Source: Eledone cirrhosa (Eukaryota). Taken from it: DNA of 64,000 nucleotides. The stretch covers positions 357,492,001 through 357,556,000 of the forward strand of contig OZ024740.1 in the NCBI GenBank assembly GCA_964016885.1. Reading direction: 5' to 3'. Shown in pieces: positions 12,166-26,114 of this stretch. Every line of letters begins with the position of its first letter. Position 1 is the stretch's first letter. Made by a program: the position numbers and the translations under genes. Below the pieces are notes generated by a model. It saw nothing but the letters and a program-made list of their open reading frames with translations. It did not search any database and was not told the DNA's origin.

Positions 12166-15029
12166 GTACAGTCCATCTGATGGGCTTCTAAACAGCTTCC
12201 GACTACACAGTTCCACTCATCAGTCAAGATTTTCTGAAGCTACATTTGCATTTCTCAATGGCTAACAATGTCAAAGAGGAAATGGGTGGGACAAATATAC
12301 TGGTTTATAAGTATTGTACTATATATAACGCATACATATTGATTTAAGCAAATATGCATATCGTACAAATATGAGAGTTATCGTATTTCAAAAAATGTTT
12401 TAAATATTTTACAATAAACTGTCGTCCAGATGAAATAATTACCACCAGGCGTAAATTTCTGTAGTATTTTTTCGCAAGAAATATGCATTTTAGGTTGGTC
12501 TTAGGATATTGACCAGTGAGAGCAAACAATCGAAAGAATCTATTAAATTATTCTTTGTGTTCTACTACAATTTTTAATTTGATCAAATAGTTGGATATTA
12601 AAATGCATTAGAAAGCTATAAGAACCCACAACAAGCGATTTCCATGAAGCATTGGAATAGAAAACAAAACTGCTAATTATATACATTTGTTTCAGGCCAT
12701 GGAATTCAACAAGAGGAATATGCAAAACTTCCAAATAACAAGTGTTTCATTAAAACGTTGGTAAAATGTAAAGTTGCAGAGGAGAGTATTTCCTTAGGAT
12801 GTACGTTATTTGGGCGTAGTGGAACTTATAAGGTGTATTAAAGAGAGAGAATGGGAGAGAGTGGTAAGCATTTTCGTACAACAACGACTTTAAACTAGGG
12901 GTAATTTTGCTACAAAGCGAATGAAGTAGAAGACGAAATGAGGTTACACTGCCACGCACTAAAACAGTCATACAAATGGCCAGTAAGATTAACGAAACCA
13001 AAGCTCGAGCTATGGAGGCAATTACGTTTACCGTGTAAGTGCAAGTAATCTTATCTGTTTGTAGCGAGTTGTGCCGTACATGAGACGAGGAAGAAGACAT
13101 TAATTTATTTGTGCAAAGTCCGGTTTGGTGTTGTGTAGCAATGTATACAATTTCTTTGGAGGACCGATCTCTGTATGATAACGAAACACTCCTTGATTTT
13201 TATGTGGTGTTCAGATCCAGTAGATCATAGTAACATTAGATTAGCAGACAGAAATACGTTGCCTTCTCATTTTTAATTAAAATCGTTATCGGGGCACTAT
13301 GACCGTTTATCTCTTTCTGCGATTGATTATATTTTTAATGATAATATCTACAATGATAATATCTCTCATAAAAATGTTAACTTTTCACCAATTAAATTTT
13401 TTGAATTGATATTTTGGGGTCAGTATAATCCGTTTCTAAACGAAAGAAAAATCTAGAGAGCAATACCATAGCTCGGTGCTTATATCTAGCTCGGTGTTTA
13501 TATCTAGCTAGGTGCATTGAGCCATAGACTTAAGTGTCGGTATCACACCATAGCACTTACCAGGGGTGGGATTTTTTTTCTATATCTTGGTTGATATTTG
13601 TTAATAACAGCTAAACTTACAACTTAATTGACCAAATTTGCCCCCACCCCAATTCAGAAATGCTTCCACTGCCCTTGCCTACATATAGCAAAATGGGATG
13701 AGCCATAGATTTAAGTGTCAGTATCACACCATGGCACCTATATATGGATTGAGCCATAGAATATTTACAGCGAGATGGATTTTACTGTCTTTAACATGAA
13801 AGGAAGGCAGTTCCAGCGACAGTATGCAAACCTGCTTCTAGATCCGGCATTCTTATCCCACACATTTAACTGAGACACCTCGTTTCAACGATATAAAATA
13901 GAAAACAAACAACCTTTCTTTAACAAAATGACTGGTGGCTTTTGACAAAATATGTTGCTTTGTTATGTAAAGACGATAATAAATAAATAAATAAATAAAT
14001 AAAAGAGTATTTAAAAAAAACACACCTGAAATATTCAGGACATCAAAATTGATGTTTAAGTAATGAATGAATAGTTATAAAATATTTTTGAACAATTAAT
14101 TAGTTAAGGCTGAAAGCTAACTAAATAATCGTAAAAAGAACATTTTATATCACACCCAGACAATTACTGAGTAAAACACAAAACATAACATTATAAATAA
14201 TAGTCTGGTATAATTAAGATGCGATCTTTTTTTAATTACAATGCTTTGGAGCAAAATTGTTAATAACGACAACGTGTTTGAGTGTCTATATGTATATGTA
14301 TGTATATAATAAAACACACACACATACATATATATGTGTATGAAGTGAAGTTTTATTTGTTGTGGAAGAAACGACGAACACGACAAATACGAATATTTCT
14401 GGTTGAATATATATCTTTACTTCACTTCAGCAAACAGGAAAAGAATATGATTACTTCGATATGTTTGATTATAGTGTTCATATCCAGGCTGTGTTGTTTA
14501 GGCCAAAAGGCAGTGACTACCTTTTCCAGAGCGAGTGACGCCAGATTTTGAAACAAAAGAAAATGAGCAACTTGTTGCCTAGATGTCAGCAAATATGGTC
14601 ACACTGACCTAATTTGCTAACATCAGAACAAGAGTTTAAATTATGGCTACACACACACACACACACACATACACACACACACACAAACACACACACACTC
14701 ACACACACACACACACAGACATATATATATAGTCCTTCCACCTTCTTTCTAACTTCATGTTTTTTAGTGAGTGGGTTTATAACCGTCAGAGTATGAGTAT
14801 GTTCTCAAATGTGGGAATTTAATCACAAGACTTAGACTCTGCAAATAGTAAGGTATTCAAATCAACTTAACATTATAAATTTAGAAATATGTAAATTAAT
14901 TCAATAATTCAGTTTCAAGAAGCCCCAAAGCATCAATTGAATAATTTGAAATAAGACAGGTGTGAACAATAAACTATGCTCTGGGAACTACTAGAAACAA
15001 CCTTCCAATTTCCTATGTAATATATCGTG

Positions 15030-15345
15030 CCCTATGTGTGTTGGACCTCCATCGATTCTGATCACGAGTGTCGCAGTTGTTTGGCCAACAGAGCAGCTTG
15101 CTTGTGAAATTAACGTGTACCTGATTGAGCATTCCACAAACGAGAGTACCCTTAACTTAGTTCTCAAAGAGATTCAACGTGACACAGTGCAGGTCCCTTT
15201 CAATTACAAATACAACTCATTGTTGCTAGCTGACTAGACAAGAATAATATGAATAAAAATGTCTTGCTCAAGGGTGCAACCGGAAATCGATTTCATGACC
15301 TTATGATCGTGAACCAAACGCCCTAACCACTAAGCTATGTGCAAT
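15030..15345 (-). mobile_element. tRNA-derived SINE (family B)
   Basis: Minus-strand head with A-box TAGCTTAGTGG and B-box-like ATCGATTTCC, plus the family B core. Confidence 0.65.
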
Positions 15346-16497
15346 CACATGTACTATATCAATGTAATTGCAAACATGTGGTGAGCGTGCATGAGAAGAT
15401 GTTTATTAAAAAATTGAATTGATGATCCAGTTTCGATTAGTGTTGTATTTTTTCACTAGTAGTTCCGTCTGGTGGAAGAGGTTGTGTCGATAGCCATTGC
15501 AGACTCTCCGAGTTTGGCGAGATTAACGCGATTAAAATTCCTCTTGAATAGCTGTAAGTTGACTATTGTAGGATAAACATGGGCAAGGAGAGGGCATTCT
15601 TGGGTAGAAGGACTGGCTATTGATTAGTAGGACGCCTAAGGAGGAGAAGTATACAAATGATGTGAGAAGGTTAACGAGTAAGTTGGGAGCACCTCGTTTG
15701 AGGCGGTACGTGATAAGTCAGCTCTTGGTAACAGATGCGACTCTAGTAGTGAGGAGACAACACATCCGCAAGGCAGAGAATGAATGGGATTGGTGGGTGA
15801 TTAGTTCCAATCAACCGAGTGGTTATTCTTTGTATGAGGTTTGGAATAGACTATATCAGTTTCAACGATGAGTGTATCAGTTGGAGAAGTGATTAATCTT
15901 CAGATACCCAAATATAAGAAACACAATAAATTCGTCGAATAAAATATGGCAACTCAAAGACAAGAACATAGACGTATCCATCAAATGGAAGAAACTAGAA
16001 AAAATCTCGACCGTATGTAAATAGCCTCAAAGCCTGTAGATTATGCAATGATGGAAAATGGTGACATCGAAGAATCTCCACAATAATAACAAACCACATA
16101 ACACACATACAGAGTTCTTCTCGCGATGTTCTCACGTTTCTAAGTACCTTTTAAAGAACTGGCCTCCTTAATATTGATTTATGTGTTTCCCCATAAAATT
16201 ATTCTTAATTTATCAATTTTTTCTAGCCCCCTCATATATGATATATTAGCTGATTTAGCGTTTGCTCACGTTTTTCGGTGAAATTGTCGCTTTAGACCAT
16301 TTATATTGTATGCCCTTGTTTTGGGAACCCTTATCTTTATCCCTATTGTTCTTTATTTCCTTTTTGGGTAAATATTTTCCGGTTCATTTTCATCGGCACA
16401 TGTTGAACAAGTTATTCCTCGGGCCTAACGAAACGTACGTATATTGAATGGCACCGTCGTTGTAACTGGCCTCGATAATTATATATATATATATATA

Positions 16498-16591
16498 ATT
16501 GTTATACTTTGGGAGAGTCATGTTGCCAATAAGAAACACACGCATGCGTGTGTTTCTTATTGGCAACATGACCCTCCCAAAGTATAACAAT
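16498..16591. repeat. Palindrome (47-bp arms, no loop) beside (TA)n
   Basis: Centre CACACGCATGCGTGTG; one mismatch between arms. Confidence 0.9.
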
Positions 16592-16731
16592 ACCGGTTTC
16601 AACACACGTTTTCAGATAAAGAATCTTGCTAAACAAATTCAGAAACGAAATATATATATATTATTCATTTATGTTCATACACGGAACAACATTGCTACCT
16701 AAAGTTTCAAGGCCCAATATTTACCATACCT

Positions 16732-17290
16732 TTAGATAGTGGTGCCCGGCATTGCACAGGATAAGGTATTTTGGAACGCGGGCCGCCAACAGACCTAATT
16801 GTAGAAAAACTGCATGCCTGGACAATATGTAAAGAAAATAAACCGAATACTCTGATGGCTGGATAATCTTTAAGATTTTCTTCGATGAAGCAGGAAAAAT
16901 GCAGGTTTTCACCTAATGCGGGCCCTAGGGGATCAAGAAATTGAATTTTTTTTATGTGCATAATATGCCTTGAAATTTCGGGAAAATCGGCTAGACGTAA
17001 CGCCTCCAAAAAGCCCTAAGAAGCTGAAAAAATGAAGTTTTTCACCTAATGCGGGCCCTAGGCCATAAAAAAAAGTTGGATTTTCTTTGCTCACGGTATG
17101 AAGAAGAGACTGACTAATACATAGTTACAATTTCAAGGAAATCGGTCTGACGTAACGTCTCAAAAAACACCTAAAAAGCTTAAAAAACGCAGTTTTTCAC
17201 CTAGGAGATCAAAACGTTGAAACATAAGTAATACAGATGTAAAGTTTGAAAAAAATCGGTTGGGTACTTCTCGAGTTTTAGGGATTCAAA

Positions 17291-17358
<68 letters not shown>

Positions 17359-17656
17359 TCCTCGGGGAAGTGACGTAATGCAGACAGCCAGACATACAGA
17401 CAGATATTATAAGGGCGCGACGTTATATGTATGTATCTAAAAAGAGAAAGACTAAGAATTATAGAGAGAGATCGCTAAATCGCCTAATGCGGTCCCTAGG
17501 GCATTGAAAATTTGAATATTTTTTGCTCAGAGCACTCCCTGAAACATAAGTATTACATGTGTAAAGTTTGAAAAGAGTCGGTTGGGTGTTTCTCGAGTTT
17601 TAGGGATTCAAACTCACACACACACAGACAGACATCCTCAGTTTTATATATATAGA
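16732..17656 (-). mobile_element. Non-autonomous Helitron with internal repeats
   Basis: Minus strand: 5' A|TCTATATATATAAAAC; 3' hairpin CCTGTGCAATGCCGGG then CTAA. Internal repeats CACCTAATGCGGGCCCTAGG. Confidence 0.7.
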
Positions 17657-18169
17657 TAAGAGATCAAACCGGGAAAAATGCACATCTGCAGCTGGCGGCC
17701 CATGTCGGTACATCGTTCTATTCATTGTGTGTGGTAGCATTTACCACTGGACAAGGAATTAAGTATTGTGTTAGTCACGCACGCTGCCTCTAATGAAAAC
17801 AGAGAAAGAATTCTATAGCAGACAGAACACGTGAGATGGTGATTGAATTCAAACTAAGGAATTCGCGCCAAGATAGAACTCCACTAGTTTATTCCATACA
17901 TATGCAAGTTATATAATGAAAGCTGTTTTATAATACAAAGTCGAACAATCAATACTCAATATTCAATATTTAAACAATATGGAAAGCTCAAACCTCGTAA
18001 AGGAGATACAAATCAGTGCAGCTGGGAGTATGTTATAATTATTAACGAAGGTCATTGAGACATTTCAACAGTCCTCGGCCAACGTCTAGCTCACTCAATG
18101 AATCTGCCAGAATTCAGTAATGCAACTGCAACTAGCTGTTCGCGCATTTTAGTTAATAGCAGACACACG

Positions 18170-18207
<38 letters not shown>

Positions 18208-18265
18208 ATTAAAATTTTATTTCTCGCCCTAGCACAGCTGGTACATAAATGTAAGTATGCACACG

Positions 18266-18340
<75 letters not shown>

Positions 18341-18375
18341 TTATACATACATACATATGCATATGTACGAATGGG

Positions 18376-19555
18376 CAAGGGCGGATTGGGACTTAAAAGC
18401 GGCCCTGGCAATTCCGAAGCAACCGGCCCTATAAACAAAATTAAATAAATGTTTTTTTTTAAAAAGAATGTTTTTTAAAAGAAAACAATTTACACAAAGC
18501 AGTTAAAAAGTCAAGTTTTTCTTAAGTAGGTCACTGTTTTCAGCGACTTTGTCAATAACATCCTGGCACTCCACCTGACTAAGCACATCTTTTTCTACAC
18601 ACATGAGCATGAGAGCATCCAAATGCTTTTCAGTTAGTGTACTTCTTAGACGGTTCTTCACAAACTTCAAAGTTGAGAAGGAACGTTCACAGGCAACTTG
18701 CGTCGTTGATAGAGTCAGCATCAATTTATAAGCTAATCCTATTAATCCATATGCATCAGTCAAAAGGTTGTAAGCCCGCAGAGTCTGATAAACGCACACT
18801 GCACAATTTTTATAACGCTTACAAACCGTTGAAACCACTTGCTAACCTTCATCTTCATCATCATATTGTCTGGCAGTGGCAGCGGCATATTCTTCAGGAA
18901 GTCCTTTGCGAAGGCTGCTTCCAATTAATCAGTTCACGTTGTAAGTTCTCTTTCGTTGCACTCGGTTCAAAACGAAGAAGTAGTCTACTTAATGTTTCCA
19001 ATGCATCCTGAGGCAGACAGGTGGCTATATCACTAAAGTTCAGTGGCGATAAACATGCCATATCTCTGTAAATTGAACCATTCGATTCAAATCTCGATTT
19101 CAAGCTTTGGGCTATTTGATCTGTGATCTTATTATGTACAATCGCAGTAAAATCTTCCATTGCGTCGGCTATTGGTTCGTCTTTTCCATTTTCTCCTGGC
19201 ATTCTCTTTTTTCTTCTCACACTTTTTTCTGGAAAGGAGTCTTGAGGCATCAAAACAGTTTCAATCCCATCAGCTTCACAACGTTCTTCCAGTTTTTTGG
19301 AAGTCCAGTCAATAAATTCTGACACAGCACGATGAACCCCTTCTACATCTCTCTGTGTGTTTTGCACTTCAGTTATCGTGAACCTCGTGCTACACAACAT
19401 AGTACTAACATTCTTCGGCATGCAGGCAGGCCGGCCACACTGCAAGCTACAGTGTCAGTGACCAAAATATTGTTGAAAATTTTCGCAGCAGCACCGGCCC
19501 TCTGGCACACCAGCCGTTCTGGCATCCGGTTGCTCGATAGGCCAATCCGCCCCTG
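18376..19555 (-). mobile_element. hAT transposon, internally deleted
   Basis: TIRs CA(A/G)GGGCGGATTGG; perfect 8-bp TSD CGAATGGG (18368-18375, 19556-19563). Confidence 0.95.
18503..19400 (-). pseudogene. hAT transposase C-terminal part (dimerisation domain)
   Basis: TLSTTQVACERSFSTLKFVKNRLRSTL; upstream RRKKRMPGE..SLKSRF; frameshifted. Confidence 0.9.
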
Positions 19556-19623
19556 CGAATGGGTTATATCGAACATTAATGATAATGTTCGATTCCTTTG
19601 TAAACAAACGGCCCGATTTGTAG

Positions 19624-19650
<27 letters not shown>

Positions 19651-19658
<8 letters not shown>

Positions 19659-19935
19659 GAACAAAGAATCAGTATTGCATCATATACATAATATTTAATT
19701 ACATATTACATGTGTTTCACTGTCGATCAGCTCGCGGAACGATCGATTTATGATCGATCCAGATTCTACATGTTAACGCGAGTCTACATGTTAGCACATA
19801 TATAAGGAGCTTCCTATTCCAGAGCCGGGATCGATCAGTAATCGATCATTCCTCGAGCTTATCGACAGTGAAACACATGTGATATATAATCAAATATGTA
19901 TATGATGCAACACTGATTCTTTGTTCCCTTATATA
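19651..19935. repeat. Imperfect foldback with a degenerate hammerhead
   Basis: Arms of about 110 bp (19651-19760 and 19829-19935). GAAA-CACATG-TA-ATATG half-site present; the CUGANGA core has decayed. Confidence 0.75.
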
Positions 19936-20001
19936 TTATGAGCATCGAGTATTCATATCGGCATACCTCCTACGGACGCAATTAATTTGCACCTTTCAAA
20001 A

Positions 20002-20066
<65 letters not shown>

Positions 20067-20712
20067 TACATACATACATACATTCTCAATTGTATACATC
20101 GGCTGATTAGCCTCATTTGCATACTGAGCGATTTTACAGACGGCTTTGCCGAAAATTAAAAGACAAAATTTTGTTTATTAATTTTCGGTATATATATATA
20201 TATATTGGTAAACGGAATAGAAAATGCTGACAAATTGTTCACAGTAAAAAATACTTTAATTAGGAATAAATGAGAATTAGTAATTGTATTGGTTAGTATT
20301 CAGTTTTGGTTTTAAGTTTTACCGGTTGCGCATTTCTAAATGCTTTTCAAAAATAATTTTGAGATAGAGCGTCCGTGATGTTTGCTCTGATCTGATTAGT
20401 TTTGGGAATTCTACCTGTTTTTATGTTAAAAAAGTGGCTCCAGCGCTATTGAAATTGGTTTTTTGCGCCAATTCGTGTTGAAAAAATTCTTGTGGTCAAA
20501 ACAATTTTGATTGGTCGGTAGAGGTCATGTGAATGTAAAAAATTGATTTTGCGCCAAGACTGAGAAATGACTCTTTCACAACAAATATGTATGTGTGTGT
20601 GTGTGTGTGTAGTAGTAGTAGTAACGTGTTCGTTGTTGTGATAATGGTTAGCAGGGATGTGTGTTACACCTCTATTCTTTTAACTATCATATCCTCACAC
20701 GAGATACAGAAA

Positions 20713-22015
20713 ATGCCAACAAAAACGGATACAACCCTCATCAACACAAATGAAGAGATTCTACAGGAACTCAAGAAAATTAACACCAACCTATCTTTTC
20801 TCGTCGACAAACTTGACTCCACAAATAAGGAAACCGCCACCGGATACAAACCCTCCGAAATCGGCGATAAACTCCAAAACCTTTGCGATACTATCCAAAC
20901 TATGTTCACTACTACCAACCCAGGAAAAACCAACGAAGAACCATGTGAGATTGATTCATACGAAATGAAAATTCGAACAATTCCAAAATGGAACAAATCC
21001 CTCAGAGACAGAAAGTTCTCATTCTGGAAGATGATACAAAATCACAACAAAGCGGAGATATATGAAAAATGGCTTAATTCAACCCCTCTAACTCTCCCCC
21101 GTAAAATACAAATAAAGTCCATTCCAAATGAACCCGAACCTCAAAGACACCTTAGGGAAAGAATGGCATTGGAAAAAATGAAGACAGAAATTGAACTTCT
21201 TAAACTGAGGGCCCAGACAAATGAGGAAAAAATCAAAACCATCGATGAAGAGATCCTCCTGGAAAACAACAATAAAACTGAAGGCCCCAAGGTAGAGAAG
21301 ATCTCCAAATTATGGAAAGGGGACTGCAGCGCAGAAGAACTGAAATCCCTTCAACGCTGGAAAAAAGTGCCGCTTGGTTCCTACACTATGAATCGACTTT
21401 TCAAACGGATTACACCTCCAATAACCCGTTCATAAAAATAGGAAAACCCTAACTGAACCGCACAACTTCTCAAACCCCCAAGCCACTAACAAACGAAGAA
21501 GGAAGCACCACACCGAAGATGAACTTCCCAACCTCGCTACCATAAGAAGGAACAAAAACCCAAGAAATCATCTCCCCCAGAATGACATTTACAACTTTCC
21601 CCCTTCAAGGAGACACCATACCAAATCACTCAACTACTACGCGGATGCCTCATCGTCAAACATAGGGAAAAGATACCACCACCATGATAGATGTAACAAC
21701 TTCCCCGCTTCAAGGGGACAGCAAGGTAATTTCCATTTTCTCAACTCTCGCTTCCACAATACACAACAAACCCACACCACACGATACAACCAACAACGTA
21801 GGCCACCTATAACACCACTATACAACATGGCACATAGAAACACACACCCATACTCGCAGTACAGGAACACCCCATTCAATCTACAACCACCAACCCGAAC
21901 CACATTTTGCAACAAGGAATATAACAAACACAGGAGACCACTTAACATCAGCAGACAACCCCTCTACCCCAACCATTTTTTAGACACAGCACACAGATAC
22001 AGGCAAACAAAATAA
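20713..22015 (+). CDS. PLE upstream ORF1 (coiled-coil-like N-terminus, low-complexity C-terminus), frame break near 21360-21445
   Basis: ATG at 20713 (MPTKTDTT...). E/K-rich helical region; a second frame is open from 21425 to 22015. Confidence 0.6.
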
Positions 22016-24298
22016 CACAAGACAGGGAGGAGAAACCGATAGTAATAAAAATTATCAATCTTACTAGTGCAGAACCAACACCCAACCTTATCAACTTACT
22101 CTCCAAAGGTCTTAAATTCACACCGACCCCACTACGTCCTAACTACTATGAAATGAAGGAAGACATCACAGACTTTTGTAGAAAGTTACGACTCAGTGAA
22201 GAACTATTCGACCAGTACAATGAGGATGAATCATTAGCCAGAAATAGAAGCAATTACACCCCATCAAAAGGTAGAAATAAAATCCTGGACGAATTCTGTG
22301 AACACATCACAAACTTCCCTTACCAACACTTGCACAGACAAAAACACAAGCCAAACCTCAACAAGAAAGAATGGGAAGAATTAAATAGATTAAAAACCGA
22401 CAGAACCATTACAATTAAAGAGGCTGATAAAGGGAGTACAGTAGTCCTAATGGAGACAGAATTCTATATCAACTTAGCGCTCTCCACTTTGGAAAACGAA
22501 ACATACTACGAAAAGGCTGAACACTACAATCAACAGAAAATTATGAGAAACCTAAAAACTCTAATCAACCAATACAAAGAAGGACTCACTAACAAGGAAT
22601 TCAGTTTCATCACAGACTTCACAAGTAAATCCAGCCTTTTCTACGGTATCCCTAAAGTACATAAAAGCGAATTAATAAGTAAGGCATGCAAGGAAGCCAG
22701 ACATAGTCATCAATGCCCCCTCACCCAATGATCTCAAATTAAGACCTATAATAGCAGGCCCCGCTTGCGAAACCCACCGCCTTAGCAACTTCATTGATAC
22801 CCTTCTCAAGCCCTTTCTCAAACACATCAAAAGCTATATAAGGGACGACCTAGATATGCTCAATCACCTCCCTAATATGCCACTTTCTGAACAAACCCTA
22901 CTAGTGACGTTCGATGTAGTCAACCTATACTCCAACATTCCCCACAACCTAGGAATAGAAGCTATCCAATTCTGGCTGGATAATTACCACAATGAACTCC
23001 CACAACGCATCAAAAAAGAATTCGTGATAGAGGGACTCAAATTTATCTTGGAGAACAATTACTTCGTTTTCAATAACAAACCCTACAGGCAGAAATCTGG
23101 GACCGCTATGGGAACGAAAACAGCCCCCACTTATGCCAACCTAGTCATGGGATACCTGGAAATCACCCTCTACACTAAAGTCCTAAACAAATTTGGAAAC
23201 ACTCTCCACTTACACATAGAAAGGAACTGGAAGCGATATCTAGATGACTGCTTCATCCTTTGGCACGAAAACATCGAAAAACTTAAAGAATTTCACACCC
23301 ATATAAATGGGCTCAACATGAATATTAACTTCACGATGGAATACAACCATCAACAACTCCCCTTCCTCGACATCCTCATTAAGATCCATAACAAAAAAAT
23401 AGAAACAGACATATACTACAAGCCCACAGACTCCAAGCAATATCTTCCTTTCAACTCTTGCCACCCTAGACACGTTAAAATTAATATTCCCTACAACTTA
23501 GCCAAGAGAATCTGTACTATAGTCTCCAATAAAAACACTTGCTACTTACGGCTACAAGAACTAAAGGACACACTCATAGGCAGGGACTACCCTGCATCAC
23601 TAATTGACAATGGAATCCAACGTGCCCTAAAACTCAGTACCCAGGACCTTAGACACCCTAAAGTAAATCAACCGAAACTAAAAGCTCTTCCATACATCTC
23701 CACACACAACCCCCTCAACAATGAGGCCTTTGACACCATCCTCCAGAACATCCCCGTGTTGAAAAAGGACCATAGAATGAACCAAATCCTACGAACACAC
23801 GATATCATAAAGAGCAAAAAACAATCTAAGTCAATGAAAAACATCCTAACACATGCCAAAGTACTGCCAACCACAACAACGAAACCCACAGTAAAAAAAT
23901 GCGATAGACCCAACTGTGGCATTTGCATCAACCTAATAGAGGGTTCGGAATTCTATTTCAAAGAAGGACAACGTTTTATAGTAAAACACAATTTCACATG
24001 TGCATCGAAAAATCTAATATATGTATTAACTTGTTCAGGTTGTCGAGAACAATACATAGGCCAGACCAAAAACAGCCTCCGCCAACGCATGACTGTCCAT
24101 AGATCCCAAATTAAAATACGGGAATACAGGAAAATACCACTGAGTGAACACATTGATACCTGTGCCGCCCAAAATCATCCCAACTTCAGAATCTTTCCCC
24201 TCTACAAATTTAAAGATAATGCCACCCACACCCAGCGCATCAGCGAGGAATCTTACTTTATTAACAAATACGGACCCCGTCTAAACACTTCTCCCTAA
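21946..24298 (+). CDS. PLE reverse transcriptase + C-terminal GIY-YIG endonuclease (frameshift near 22697)
   Basis: Motifs IINL..LLSKGLKFTPTP; IKEADKG; FYGIPKVHK; LRPIIAG; FDVVNLYSNI; GTAMGT; WKRYLDD; CDRPNCGIC; FTCASKNLIYVLTCSGCREQYIGQT. Confidence 0.95.
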
Positions 24299-24392
24299 GA
24301 CGAACCCACAACATACACACGTCAACATACATACCCACATATAAACACAATGACATACGTAAACACACATGTTCTATGGTGCAACACAAAAA

Positions 24393-24460
<68 letters not shown>

Positions 24461-24461
24461 A

Positions 24462-24507
<46 letters not shown>

Positions 24508-24643
24508 ATATCATTTCACACCTTTTATTGTTAAGGTTTTTGATGTTCTATTGAGAGAATCGATTTTACTGAAAATATCGAATAATGTACACCATTTTAC
24601 CAGGAAAAAAATACTGGTCCACCCACACACACACACACACATT

Positions 24644-24713
<70 letters not shown>

Positions 24714-24884
24714 CACACACACATACACACGCGTACATTAACATACAAAGAGACTTATACACACACACACACACTTCTCCGTATAAGACAAGAGCTGAAA
24801 AATATCTTTTAACATGTTAAAATATCCTCCACTCACTTACAGACACATTCCTACTGACCATCCCTCTACCACGAATCACTCTGC

Positions 24885-24960
<76 letters not shown>

Positions 24961-25305
24961 TCTTAATAGGCATTTGAACTGTCAACAGGCTGCTGTTCGC
25001 ACACACATCCCTGCTAACCATTATCACAACAACGAACACTTTACTACTACTACTACACACACACACACAAATATTTGTTGTGAAAGAGTCATTTCTCAGT
25101 CTTGGCGCAAAATCAATTTTTTACATTCACATGACCTCTACCGACCAATCAAAATTGTTTTGACCACAAGAATTTTTTCAACACGAATTGGCGCAAAAAA
25201 CCAATTTCAATAGCGCTGGAGCCACTTTTTTAACATAAAAACAGGTAGAATTCCCAAAACTAATCAGATCAGAGCAAACATCACGGACGCTCTATCTCAA
25301 AATTA

Positions 25306-25342
25306 TTTTTGAAAAGCATTTAGAAATGCGCAACCGGTAAAA
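25306..25342 (+). ncRNA. Variant hammerhead-like motif in the PLE pseudo-LTR
   Basis: TTT-TTGAAAA-GCATTT ag AAATGC-GCAA-CCG-GTA-AAA. Also at 20317-20353 (-) and 51046-51081 (+). Confidence 0.45.
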
Positions 25343-25489
25343 CTTAAAACCAAAACTGAATACTAACCAATACAATTACTAATTCTCATTTATTCCTAAT
25401 TAAAGTATTTTTCACTGTGAACAATTTGTCAGCATTTTCTATTCCGTTTACCAATATATAATAACTTGTGTGTTACACCTCTATTCTTT

Positions 25490-25544
<55 letters not shown>

Positions 25545-25747
25545 CAAGAAAGACGAGTGACATGGTTTGCTATACACTATGGAAACGTCTTGTTGAGTCA
25601 AACTTAGCCAAGCATTAGTACTATCCACTACTCGGAGTACCCTAACTGGACTACATCTAAGTGAACTACCTATAACAATTTGTTATCCCGTATATATATA
25701 TATGTATATGTAAGAATATTTTCGAAACAGCAAGTAGGTTTGAAATT

Positions 25748-25906
25748 ATTATAAATGTAAGCTATCGCCGTATTTTGACTAAAGATGAGTATTGACGTCA
25801 ATACTCATCTTTTTCCATTTCTCCGAGGGTTCTTAACCCCACTATCAGGCTAAATAATTTCTTTAATTTCTTTAGTCAAAATACGGCGATAGCTAACATT
25901 TATAAT
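25748..25906. repeat. Foldback with a nested 26-bp palindrome
   Basis: Outer arms of about 38 bp; inner GATGAGTATTGACGTCAATACTCATC (25785-25810). Confidence 0.85.
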
Positions 25907-25918
25907 AATAATAATAAT

Positions 25919-26114
<196 letters not shown>

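Larger units (their letters stand above)
20201..25496 (+). mobile_element. Near full-length Neptune-like Penelope element with inverted pseudo-LTR
   Basis: Inverted arms 20201-20664 and 25001-25459; 30-bp direct repeat 20658-20687 and 25467-25496; flanked by (TA)n; encodes RT and GIY-YIG. Confidence 0.95.

Noticed and set aside
12750-13250. Possible P-element transposase relic (VLVRG motif, minus strand)
   Set aside because: Too degenerate to support without a profile search.
13470-13760. Short tandem repeats and a possible hAT MITE (13561-13676)
   Set aside because: No convincing TSD.
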